DNA from: Callorhinchus milii | Lineage: Eukaryota | DNA: 64,000 nucleotides | NCBI RefSeq assembly: GCF_018977255.1 | Contig: NW_024704771.1 | Span: 2,294,001 to 2,358,000, forward strand | Direction of reading: 5' to 3' | Shown: in pieces, positions 20,160 through 31,423 of the stretch | How the letters are laid out: each line of letters opens with the position of its first letter | Numbering within the stretch: position 1 is the first letter of the stretch | Notes under the pieces: generated by a model | The model's database searches: none | What the model was told of the DNA's origin: nothing | The model's input: only the letters and a program-made list of their open reading frames with translations | Program-made: the position numbers and the translations under genes

Positions 20160-23100
20160 CTGGAGGGAGAATCAGACCATTAATGTCGGACACATTTACA
20201 ATTATAAATAAGATGATCTTCAGCGTCGTCACCGGGAGAGAAGCCTTTGTGTAAAACATTGACATCTCCCGAGAACAGAATCCAGCAGAAAGGCTGACAG
20301 TCTGTGTGTGTGTGTGTGTGTGAAGGGGGATGTGAGAATGTGTGTGTGGGTGGGGATGTGGGGGTGTGTGGAGGGGTTGAGTGTGTGTGGGGGAGGGGAT
20401 GTGATGTTGTGTGGGTGATGTGAAGTTGTGTGGGTGATGTGAGGGTGTGTGTGGGGGGATGTGAGGTTTTGTTGGCAGAGATGCAAGGATGTGTGTGGGG
20501 GCATGTGATGGTGTATGTGTTGGAGGTGTTGAGGGTGTTGCGGAGGTTTGAGTGTGTGTCTGTTGGGGCGATGTGAGCTTGTGTTTGGGGCATGTGAGGG
20601 TATGTGTGATGGGGGAGGATGTGATGGTGTGTGGGAGCTTGATGGTGTTTTGGGGATTGGTGGGATGTGAGCGGGAGATGTGGGTGTGGTGAGGGTATTT
20701 GTGGGGGTGTGTATGGGTGTGTATGAAGGTGTGTGGAGTGTTTGATGTTGTATGTGTGGGGATGTGAGGTTGTGAATGGGAGGGGGGGATGTGAATGTGT
20801 GAGAGGTTGTGTTTGTGAGGGTGTGTGGGAGGATATAAGGGTGTGTGTGAGGGAACTTGGAGGTATGAGTTTGAGTGCATATGAGAGTGTGTGGGGTGTA
20901 TGTGATGTTATATGTGTGGCGGATGTGAGGCTCTGAGTGGGATTGGGGATGTGAGGATATGTCGGGGAGGTGTGAGGATGTGTGAGGTGAGGATATGAAG
21001 GTGTGTGGGGGGAATGTGAGGGTGTGAGTGAGGCGGGTGATGAGCATGTGTGTATGTGGGTGAATGTGAGCGTGTGTGAGGTTTTGTATGTGGGGTGGAT
21101 GTGAGGTTGTGTGGGTTTGCGAGGGTGTGTGTAATGGTGTGTGGGGTGGGGGGGGTTGTGATTTGAGGGAGACTGTATGGGTGGGATGTGTGTAAGTGTG
21201 ACGCGGAGTGTGAGCGTGTGAGTTTGGGGTGATATGTGGGTGGTTGAGGGTGCGCCCGGGGATGTGAGGGTGTGTGTGAGGTAAATATGAATGTATGTGT
21301 TGGGGGGGGTGTGAGTGGGGGGAATGTGTTAAGGTGTGTGTGGGGGGAATGTGGGTGTGTGTGGGGGATGTGGGTGTGTGGGGGGATATGAGTGCGTGTG
21401 GGGGTGGAAATAGGTGTGTGTTTGGGGGGGATGTGAAGTTGCGTGTGGGGCGATGTGGGGAATGTGAGGCTGTGTGTGTGGAGGTGTGAGGGTGTGTGGA
21501 TGTGACAGTGTGTGCGGGTGATGTGAGGGTATGTGGGGGGTGATGTGAGGGCGTGTGTGTGAGGCTGGACGTGAGGCGGTATGTGTGGGAGGGATGTTGA
21601 GGGTTTTATGGTGGGGTTGAGTATGGGTGGGGGAGGGGATGTGATGTGTGGGGAACGTGAGGGTGTGTGGGGGAATGTGAGGGTGTCTGGTGGCGATGTG
21701 AGGGTGTGTGTGTATCGGGCAATGTGAAGCTGTGGGTGGGGGAGATGTGAGGGTGTGTGTGAGGGTCTGTGTGTGGGGTGGATGTGAGTTTGTGTGGGTG
21801 TGTGTGAGAGTGTTTGTAATGGTGTGGGGGGGGAGGTGATTTGAGGGAGACTGTGTGGGTGGGATGTGTGTGAGTGTGAGGCGGAGTGTGAGCCCGTGTG
21901 TTTGGGGTGATGTGTGGGTGTTTGTGTGGGGGGGTGTGTTTGCTTGTGTGGGGTTTGTGTGAGGATGTGTGTGTTAGTGAGTGTGAGGGTGTATGCTGTG
22001 TATGTTCGGGGATATGAGGATGTTTGTGGGGGATGGGCTGTGATGGTGTGTGTGAGGGGATGTAAGGGTTGTGTGAGGGGATGTGAGGTTATATGCGTGT
22101 GGGGGGATGTGTGCGTGTGGGGGATTTGTGCGTGTGGGGGGATGTGTGCGTGTGGGGGTTGTGTACATGTGGGGGGATGTGTGCGTGTGGGGGGATGTGT
22201 GCGTGTGGGGGGTTGTGCATGTGGAGGTGATGTGTGCATAGAGAGGTGATGTGTGTGAGGAGGGTTGATGTGTACGAGGGGATTTGATGTGTGCGAGGGG
22301 GATTGATGCGTGTGGGGGGGTTGATGTGTACGTGGGGGGGAATGTGTGCGCCGGGGGGAATGTGTGCGCCGGGGGGAATATATGTGTGAGGGACGTGGGT
22401 ATGAAAGTCTATTTTTTTGGGGGGGGGCAGGGTGATGTGACTGTGTATGGGGTGGTGGGGAGTCAGTGTGTTGGATGTTGGTGGTTCGGTCACTCAGACT
22501 CTTACCTGCACACCTGCGAATCCTTTTCAACACTGGAACCAAGAAGAAATAAGTGATCAGATCTTTGGCAGCTCCTAACCAAGTCACACTGCCTCCCTCC
22601 CTCTCCCTCACTCTCTCTAACTCACTCCCTCCGTCTCTCACTCCCTCTCTCACTCCCTCCGTCTCTCCTTTCCTCTGTCCCTCTCTCCTTCTCGCTCCCT
22701 CCATCTCACTCCTCTCACTCCCTCTCTCTCCCCCATCATCTCTCTCTCCCTCCTTGTCTCACTCCCTCCATCCCTCCTCTTCTCACACCCTCCTCCTCTT
22801 ATTCCCTCCTGCTATCATGCCCTCCCTCTCTCACGCCCTCCCTCTCACACCCTTCCTCTCTCAAGCCCTCCCTCTTTCTCTCCCTCTTTTTCTCCCTCCC
22901 TCCCTCCCTCCCTCATTGAAGCTCACTCATTTTTTTTCCCTTTTAATGTGTGTATGTTCACAAGCCAATGTTGTCTTCGGGAAGAGAAGGGAAAGTTCAA
23001 GATGTGAAATAGACCAATGGTTGGAGTTAAACAGCCTGTAATAATTCATGGAATAGAATCATTGAAATTTACAGCCCAGAAGGAGGCCATTCACCATCGA

Positions 23101-26100
23101 GTCTATATGGGCTCTCAGATCAAAGTGTTCATACAACAGCTGCCCTGCCCTACAACTAAACCCCTTCAAGCCTCTATCCCTCATGCACGTACTTATCTAC
23201 TTCTCTGTCTACTTCCCCTCTGTTCCACCATTGGAAATCATGTATACAGCCACTTCGCCCTTAAATTCTGGAATACTGTCACTCAATCCCGTTGCCTTGT
23301 CCCCTCTCTCCCCCTTTTCAAGTCCCAACTGAAAAGCTTCCTTTTCGATCGTGTTTACAGTCACCTCCCACCCAGCCCCCCCCCCGAAAAAAAGGCTCTT
23401 TATAATACACAATATAATAATAATCCTTGCATTTGATATCTGCCACTATTAAGCACTCTGAGACGTTATCCTGAAAGCTGGGTGCTGTATAAGTGCAAGT
23501 TGTTGTCCTATAATAATAGAGTTTTCTGGAGAGTGCAGTGAGTGGGTATTTTGTTAGCAAACAAATACAACAACAACAACAAGATTCCATTTATAAAGCG
23601 CCTTTCACGTCAGGAGGACGTCCCAAGGCGCTGCACAGTTGGGTCATGACCCGAGCAGGGGGGAAATGGTCAGGGGAGGGGAGGGAGCGAGGAGGGGGGA
23701 AATGGTCAGGGTGAGGGGAGGGAAGGGAGGGAGCGAGGAGGGGGCAGAGAGTCGAGAGGGGAGCTGAAGGCTCGGTCAAAGAGAAAGGTTTTGAGACCGG
23801 CCTTGAAGGAGGAAAGGGAGGAAGCGGCGAAGGCACTGGGGGATGGAGTTCCAGAGCCTGGGGGCTGAGAGGCTGAAGGCCCGACCACCGATGGTAGGGC
23901 GGTTGGGGCGGGGACGTGGAGCAGACCGGAGCCAGAGGAACGGAGGGTACGGGCAGGTAGGTAGGGGGATAGTAGGTTGGAGAGGTAGGAGGGAGCAAGG
24001 CCGTGAATGGCCTTGTAGGTGAGGATGAGGATCTTGAATTCGATCCTCTGGGGGATGGGGAGCAGTGGAGGCGAGCGAGGGTGGGAGTGATGTGGTCGCG
24101 GTGTCTGGTGCGGGACAGTACACGAGCTGCAGAGTTCTGAATGACCTGCAGTGTGGAGGGAGGGCCGGGAAGGCCGGCGAGGAGAGAGTTCCCATAGTCC
24201 AGCCTTGAGGTGACAAAGGCGTGAACCAGGGTTTCAGCCGCGTGAGGGGTGAGGTAATGCCGTAGTCTGGCGATGTTCCGGAGGTGATGGAAGGCGGTGC
24301 CAGTTGTGGTGCGGATGTGAGGGAGAAAGGACAGCTCAGGGTCGAACAAAACGCTGAGGTTCCTGACTGGCTTTGAGATGCACTTTTACTGCACCTCAAT
24401 GTCCTTATGTCTGTTTTGTGTGAAGCATGTGAATGAAAGATATCACATTTAAAATTGTTATTTTATTTTGATAACTTACCCACTCTCTTCTCAAGATCTA
24501 GAGGATACAAAACAGAACTGTTAGAAACTGATTTCTGAATCCAGTATAGTTTAATGGTCAGTCTACATGTTTACAACATTAACAGATGTTAAAGTGCAGC
24601 TCAGCACAATTATAGGAGGTTTGAATTACAATAAAATTTACATTTACACAGCACCTTCCACAGCGGGGGACATCCCAAAGCACTGACAATGCTGGGGTCT
24701 GAGCTGCAGGTGGGAGCCGGGGTGGAGGGTCAGCAGAGGGAGATGGGAATATTAACTAAAAAAGCAGAATAAATAGGTCATGAGATGGGCCTTGAACGAG
24801 GTGAGGGAGGGGCCGAGACAGAAGGATTCTTGGATTGAGTTGCAGAGAGTGGCGGCAGAGAGGCTGAAAGCCTGAGCTGCTGATGGTGGGGAGGATCGGG
24901 TGGTGACATGAAACCGGGGTCACTGAGTGAAGGGAGAGACCAATTGTTTTATAGAACTTACACATTCATACAGTAACAGTGTTGTGATGAGAGATGTTAC
25001 TGATGGGAACGTACCTTTGATCTCTCGATGCTGTTTTACACTGTAGCCGACCAGAACACTCAGCATCATTATGGCAAGTCCTAAGAGCAGTGAGGAAACC
25101 ACCAAACCCACTGGCACTTTGGGAAAGAACTCGTCTGTCAAGAAATGTAAATAGACATTTAAGTATATATTATGATGTCAAAACAATAAATATCTTTATT
25201 TACCCTCAAGTGACTGTATTACACACAATAGCTCAGTAGCTGTCACGGGCTTCACTCAAAGTGAAGTCCTGGTAGTGTATTGGATAAAACGCTCGCCTCG
25301 CATGTGAGAAGACACGGGTTAGATTCCCAGGCAGAGAGAAACATTAGACAAGTTTCCTTACTCCACATGCCTCTGTTTACTTAGCAGTTAAGTAGGAACC
25401 CGCTTGTTCATTGTTTGGAAGATCGCTTTCCAGGGCTAATAATCCCATCAAAAAATACAATATAATAATTGGGTCACTCATCCGTGACTGTTTGTGGGAC
25501 ACTGCTGTGTGCAATTGGCTGCCGTGTATCACCCACAAAATATACAGTCAATTCACTTAGAGTATAGTCTGTGAAGCTCTTTATGATGTTTCATTCAAAC
25601 ACGTGATAATGCACTGTATCAAATCCTACAATTATTATTATGTACTTTTCCTGGGCAGAGAATTGGGGTCTTGGAGCTGAAGTGGCACTAAAGGGATGTG
25701 GTTGTTAAGGGAATGTCAGAATAAAATCCATTCTTTGTGGCCGTCCCGTTAGTCCAGTCCCTGAGAGCCAGACTCCAAGGGTGAATGTATGGATAAGGAA
25801 AAGAAAAGGAACAAAGATGGAGCTTTGAGGAACCCCCTCTGTGAATATACTGGGCAGATGTGAAGCCATTGGTAAGATAAAGTGGAGATGCTGGGAGAGA
25901 CAGGCATGAAACCAGCAAAGTACAGAGGATGTGAGGTGAATCAGGGAGGAGAAGTGGACAAGTGTGAAAGGTGATAGAGCGATAGAGAAGGACAAAGAGA
26001 CACAGGGAGCCCTAGTCATCAACAGAGAGAACATCTGGTGTGACTTTGTCCAGGGCTCTCTTGGTGCTGTGGGCAGGGAGGAAGCCAGTTTGGAGAGAAT

Positions 26101-29100
26101 TTTACAGGAAATGATGGGAAAGGAAGGAATGAATCTTCAAGGCTACAACTCATCCCAGCACCTTGGAGAGGAAGGGCAGGTTGGAAATGGGGCAACGGCT
26201 AGAGAGACTGTAAGGAATTCAGTGAAAGTTTAAGTTGAAGAGCGTAAATGGCAGCATTTGTGAAAGAGAATTGCCATGCCAGAGGAAAGGAAACCATTCC
26301 TAATATCTATTTTATTTTAGTTTTCAAATGTGATTTCTGGAGGAACTTCTAACCTTCAATGTCAAGTAAATAGAAATTGGAGACCCCAAAGAGAACATTG
26401 GAACAAATGTAAAACAGAATCCCAACACATTCTTCCATAAAAATAGCAAATAGAGGGTAATCGGGAACAAGATAAATCCATAGGGATACAAAGTGAATTG
26501 AAGAGAAGGCTGAACAGGAGATAGTGATGTATTAAATGACCACATTTGTTGGTAATCAAACAGACAGTCACTAACAATGTGCTGTCCAATATAACAGTGA
26601 TGACAGAGCAATACCTGGCAACTCATGAACCCGAGTGAATGGAAAATTCATGTAAACCATAAATAGAAGCAAATAATTGGAAGATGACCTCAATGTATAT
26701 GTCTGCCTTAAACCTGACCTTCAGAATGCTGAACCTGTGTCCTCTTGTCCTGCTGCCTCCATGTGGATGTCCTATAATTATGTCCTATTCCCCAGCTCAG
26801 GTCCATTTCCCTGACAGCCCAGCACCTTCGCACATCCTCCCAATTTGAAAGATGTTTTACAAATGTCTTTTGTTGTTGTCCTGTAGCTTCTCAGCTCTTA
26901 ACCTGTAGTCTTCCCTTCACTGTGAGGTGGATCAGGCAACTTTTGCCTCTTCTGAAGCAATGGTGGCTGTGAGTTACGAAGTGTTGATTAATTCACAAGA
27001 TAATCAGCAGTTTGAATAGGTTAGCAGGAAGGATGGGTGAGCTGGAGTACTGAAATCAGAATTGATTTCAGTTTGTAATGAGAATATTCATTGGCTTCAA
27101 AACCCTCCATGGCCCTGCTTCTCCTGATCTTTGTGATAAGCTAACTCTGTTTCTGCCCCAGTTCTGTAGAATTCCATCCACAGACCCTCCATTCGCTCAG
27201 TCACTTGTCTCCTTCAAGATCCACCTCTTTCACCGAGCTTTCATTCATTCATTCCTACTGCCACCTACCCTGCCCTCCATCCCTCCTGACCCCAAACTTC
27301 AGATAGGGTCCAACATGGGGTGGACCTTTGTATAGTGTGTCTCACACTGGGACATCCTCCTGGCATGAAAGGCACTTTACAAATGTAATTTGTTGTTCTC
27401 AAACCACATGCTGAGTTTGGTATTTTGAAAGGATGAACTCAAGTGGACCGTATCATCCAGACTGATCGAGTTTTCACTTCATGTGCTATACAAATCTGCA
27501 TCATATTTAACAAACAATCATTAATATTTCCTTCTTGTTCATTTACTGACCTGAGATTTGGAGTTTTGCTTCTTGTTCATTTTCTGAATTGTGAATCAGA
27601 CACCTGATCTTGTTGGTTGAATAGATTATTTCTATTTGGCTTTTAACACTGTAGAGACCTTTAGAATCCTCTCTGACAGTCCAATTACTGAGTGTTGTTA
27701 AGTTGTTTCCCTGATCATCAAACCATAGAACCTCTGGTGCTGGGAACCATCCACTGGATTCACACCGCAGCCTCACACCATCACTGTGCTCATCAACGTG
27801 AATCCAAAGCTGACTGCCAAGCCCTGGAAGAGACAGGAGACGTGAATCAGACAATATTTATACCCGGGACATTAAAGACCAGTAACTTTACTGAAAACAC
27901 GTTTACAACATTCTGAATAAATTGACACTAATGAATTGTTCTTGTCAATATAAATTATTGCTTTTGGACATAACATAAACAAATAATGAAAATTTGTATA
28001 CAGAGATTACATTAAATAAAATGAATTGTAAATGTTACTGACCTATAACATTCAACTTTATCAATACATCTTGATATGATCCGGCGTACTCAACAAAGCA
28101 TGTGTACTCTCCGTTATCTGACACCCGCACATCTCCCAGTCTGAGAGACACGTTGCCATTGATAAACTCCTTTACAAACAGTTGTGTTCTATGTCTGTAG
28201 GCTTCATCCTGTTTCCTCAGTTGATGTCGTCTCTCCTTGTATAAGTGCACAGGGGAATCGTAACTTGTCCTGAACCATCTCACCTCCACACCCTCTCGTG
28301 GCAGGTCTGTGGAACACTTACAGTCCAGGACAACATCTGAACCAGCAATGGCTGGGACAGGGAGGGCCGGGCCACTGACTGTGAATCTCTCTGTTCAATA
28401 ACAAACAATGGATAGTTAGGATTTTCAGTCACACTGACTCGGACAAACTCTGCCAATAGACAGTCACTGTCCTTGCAATAATCCTTGCACTTGATATATC
28501 TTATAGATAATTATTTGGGGAGGACAAGTTTTCTCAGCTATGGGGAGAACGTGGGAGTGGGATTGATTTGGATAGCTGCTTTGAAAAGTGGGCAGGAACA
28601 CAATGGGTCAAAGGTCCTCCTGTGTTGTATAATTCTATGATTCTCTGAGGATTTTTTTCAATTTCAATGGATAGAGTTAGGATTTTCAGTCCCACTGGCT
28701 CAGACAAACTTGTCAACAGACGTCACTTAGATATCAATTTGTTTCTGATATAAAGTAGAAGTCACACTTTTACAGCTGCAATAGAACTGACATTGGCAGT
28801 AAATTCATCTGGATCTTATAAATAATAATAATAATCCTTGCATTTGATATAGTACCTTATCATGTCTTCTCAAAAGCGCTTCGCAGAATATATTGTAGAG
28901 GGAATTAACTATATTTCATGGGTAAAAAGTGGTTGCCAATTGCACAGAGTGGTATCCCACAAGCAATCGTGGATTGAGTGACCAATTTATTATTTATGTT
29001 ATTTTAAGGAATTATTACCCCGGAAACCCGATCCATCAATTGACTAACAACCAGGTTCCTACTTAGGGGAGCACAGCTTTGCCTGGTTCCAATCCTACTT

Positions 29101-31423
29101 TTCCCACCGTTTGCACTTCATTTTCATCAACAGCTTCACCTCTAGTCCCCGCGCTGTCATGTGTGGCATCACTCACAGCCCTGTCCTTGGTCCCCTCCTC
29201 TTCAATCTATACATACTCCCTCTCGGTGATGTCATCCTCAGGCAAAGGATCAATTTTCACGTGTATGTGGATGAAATCCAACTCTATCTCACCACCTCCA
29301 CCATTGACTTACAGGACCGTTGATGTCCTGGCTAATGATCTGTCTGACATCAAGTCCTGGACAAGAGCCAATTTCCTCCAGCTCAATGGAAGACAGAGGC
29401 TCTCTTGCTTGGCTCCTGCAGCAGTTCCTCACTTCATCTAATAATAATAAATAATCCTTGCATTTGATATAGCGCTTTTCACGTCGGGAGGACGTCCCAA
29501 AGCGCTTCACAGAATAGACTGTAAAGTGAATTGACTGTATATTTGTGGGCGAACGCGGCAGCCAATTGCGCACAGCAATGTCCCACAAACAGTCGTAGAT
29601 TGAAAATGACCAATTTATTATTGCTTTGTTTTGGAGGGATTATTATTAGGTGTGTGGAGTAAGGAAACTTGCCCAAGGTTTCGCCCTCTGCCTGGAATTG
29701 AACTCAGGTCTCTCACTTGCAAAGCGAGTGCTCTAACCACTGAGCTACAGGACTCCACATCTGTTGAACATTATCACTATTCATGGCTGATTCACATCTC
29801 GGCTTGACTATGCCAACTGCCTGCTCACCGGACTTCCCAGCTCTTCCCTCCACAAGCTACAGATTATTCAGAACTCTGCAGCTTGTGTCCTCTCCCACAC
29901 CAGCCTCTGGGAATTTATCATCCCAGTTCTTGCCCAGCTTCACTGGCACCCCATCCCTCAGAGAATCAAGTACAAAATCCTCGTTCTCATCTTTAAGTCC
30001 TTCCAGAGTCTTGCTCCCCCCTACCTTTCTGACCACCAAATCCTATATCAGCCTGTCGGCTCCCTCCGCTCAGTGAACACTGGCCTGCTTCAGGTCGCCC
30101 GCACTTCCAGCACCACCATTGCCAATCAGGCATTCAGCATCTCTGCCCCCACACTCTGGAATTTTGTCCAACAATCCCTCCACCTCATACCCTCTCTTGC
30201 CTCCTTCAAGTGTCCCTTCTAAAGATCTTGCTCCTCAATTGTATCTTTGGGCACCTTCCCACCCACATCCCCTGCCGTCCACCTCTCCTGACCCGACTCC
30301 CAGCTCGGGTCTAAAAACCCCTGACTGCCTAGCGCTCTGGGACATTTTTCCGATGTGAGGGGCACTGTACAAGTGTAATTTGTTTTTGTTATTGTTGTTG
30401 CATTGTCAGAAGTGCTGTCCTTCTGATGAGCCATTAATTTGAGGTCCTGTCTGCCTGTTTATGTGTCAGTAAACATCCAGTGGCTCTACTCGAAAAGAGA
30501 AGGGAGTTTGCTACGTTCACCTGCACTTCACAGTGAGAAATGCTTTGAAATGTTTTGATTCTATATTCTCACAAGACTCTGTGAAGAAATGTTTGCTGAT
30601 CTCACTTATAACCAGGTTAGCTACAATTTCAGATTTTATGTTCCTTTGTTTTCCAAGAAGGAAGTGTTGTCCACTATTTAGCTTGACAATTCACTTCACT
30701 ATTTAAGCATCTCAATCAGATTCCCCTTCAACCTAATCAGCTCTGAGGAATATAACCGATGTCTAACCAGCCTCTCAACACAGTTAAAACATTTCATCCC
30801 AGGTATTAATCTCATGAATCATTTTAAGATTAGTGGAACTCCCTTCTCACAGAATCATACAATAACACAGCACAGAAGGACATTCGGCCCAGCGAGTCCA
30901 TGCCGGCTCTTTGAAAGAGCTAATGTCTTAAAATCTCAGAGCTTTTAAAAAAAGCAATTTGGTCACTCAATCCAAAACTGTTTATGGGGCACTACTGTGC
31001 AAAATTGGCTGCCACAAATCTGCCCACAAAATTTTCCACAATTCTGTGAAATGCTTTGAGACGTCTCAGCAATGAGATGAGGCACTATATCAAATGCAAA
31101 TATGATTGTTATATAAATTCCTCACTTTTATATTCCTCTTTATAAAGACCATCATTAGTTTCACTAATTACTTTATCAACCCAAAAACAAGATTTCAGTG
31201 ATTTATGTATTTGGAACCTAAATGCCTTTGCTCATCTCCTGGAACATTAGCAGCTCTCAGTGTGTGAATCACACTCACTCCCAACCGCCGCCTTCAGCAG
31301 CTCTCCCTTTACCTTCAGCAATTTAACACCAACAGAAATCAAACAGATTCAATGTGTTTCCTTACCAGTCAGTGAGAGGGGAAGCACAAGCCATAGGACC
31401 TGAATACCGTGTTTCCAGCTCAT
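19640..31423 (-). CDS. Butyrophilin-like gene 1 (leader, IgV, IgC, TM, B30.2); 1-nt frameshift in B30.2
   Basis: Phase-1 exons with GT-AG boundaries: 31366-31423 (leader [19 protein letters not shown]), 28043-28390, 27551-27823, 25015-25134, 24480-24497 (18 nt), 22506-22532 (27 nt), 19640-20159. The total of 1364 nt is one base short of an open 454-aa frame. Confidence 0.88.
20280..22480 (+). repeat. About 2.2 kb GT/G-rich low-complexity intronic repeat, followed by a CT-rich tract (22590-22930)
   Basis: gatgtgagggtgtgtgtgggggg-type units, with an internal duplication of about 110 bp (21130-21235 vs 21810-21915). Confidence 0.95.
22506..22532 (-). CDS. 27-nt exon of butyrophilin-like gene 1
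   Basis: ttccag|TGTTGAAAAGGATTCGCAGGTGTGCAG|gtaaga, reading VLKRIRRCA. Confidence 0.8.
23568..24375 (-). mobile_element. Young L2 LINE 3' end
   Basis: Closely similar to 15403-16150. ORF reads [24 protein letters not shown]. Confidence 0.92.
24480..24497 (-). CDS. 18-nt micro-exon of butyrophilin-like gene 1
   Basis: cctctag|ATCTTGAGAAGAGAGTGG|gtaagt, reading DLEKRV. Homologous to 44531-44548. Confidence 0.75.
25015..25134 (-). CDS. Transmembrane exon of butyrophilin-like gene 1
   Basis: [40 protein letters not shown], 120 bp, AG/GT boundaries. Confidence 0.88.
25261..25640 (+). mobile_element. tRNA-headed SINE, older long subfamily
   Basis: gtgaagtcctggtag..ggttagattcccaggcag head and caagtttccttactccac core. 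Confidence 0.75.
25680..26290 (-). mobile_element. Degraded L2 fragment
   Basis: GVPQSSIF-like RT remnant in the - frames. Confidence 0.6.
27551..27823 (-). CDS. IgC exon of butyrophilin-like gene 1
   Basis: [50 protein letters not shown], the typical BTN IgC motif C.S.GWFP.PEV.W. Confidence 0.92.
28043..28390 (-). CDS. IgV exon of butyrophilin-like gene 1 (348 bp)
   Basis: [64 protein letters not shown], a BTN/MOG-type V-set domain. Confidence 0.93.
29050..30400 (+). mobile_element. Degraded L2 interrupted by a SINE
   Basis: [24 protein letters not shown], with a tail at about 30340-30390. Confidence 0.75.
29439..29758 (-). mobile_element. Full-length young tRNA-Ala-like SINE with an L2-type tail and (ATT)n
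   Basis: Head GTGGAGTCCTGTAGCTCAGTGGTTAGAGCACTCGCTTTGCAAG..GAGTTCAATTCC. Near-identical to 48392-48713 and 52748-53071. Confidence 0.92.
31366..31423 (-). CDS. Leader (signal peptide) exon of butyrophilin-like gene 1
   Basis: ATG at 31423, 58 nt, donor ctg|gtaagg. Identical to 50223-50280. Confidence 0.85.

Noticed and set aside
20229-22704. Long His/Thr/Pro-rich ORFs (598 aa at 20908-22704, 272 aa, and the upstream part of the 333-aa ORF)
   Set aside because: Translations of a CA-rich intronic repeat that lacks stop codons by composition. Only the embedded 27-nt exon and the B30.2 part are real.
26324-26626. Faint GPCR/olfactory-receptor-like TM1-TM2 pattern
   Set aside because: The similarity is too weak by eye and split across frames. 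A TBLASTN or HMM search would be needed.
29690-29758. tRNA-Ala(TGC)-like sequences (also at 48645-48713, 48899-48970, 53000-53071)
   Set aside because: They lack a paired acceptor stem and continue into a SINE body and tail, so they are SINE heads rather than tRNA genes.
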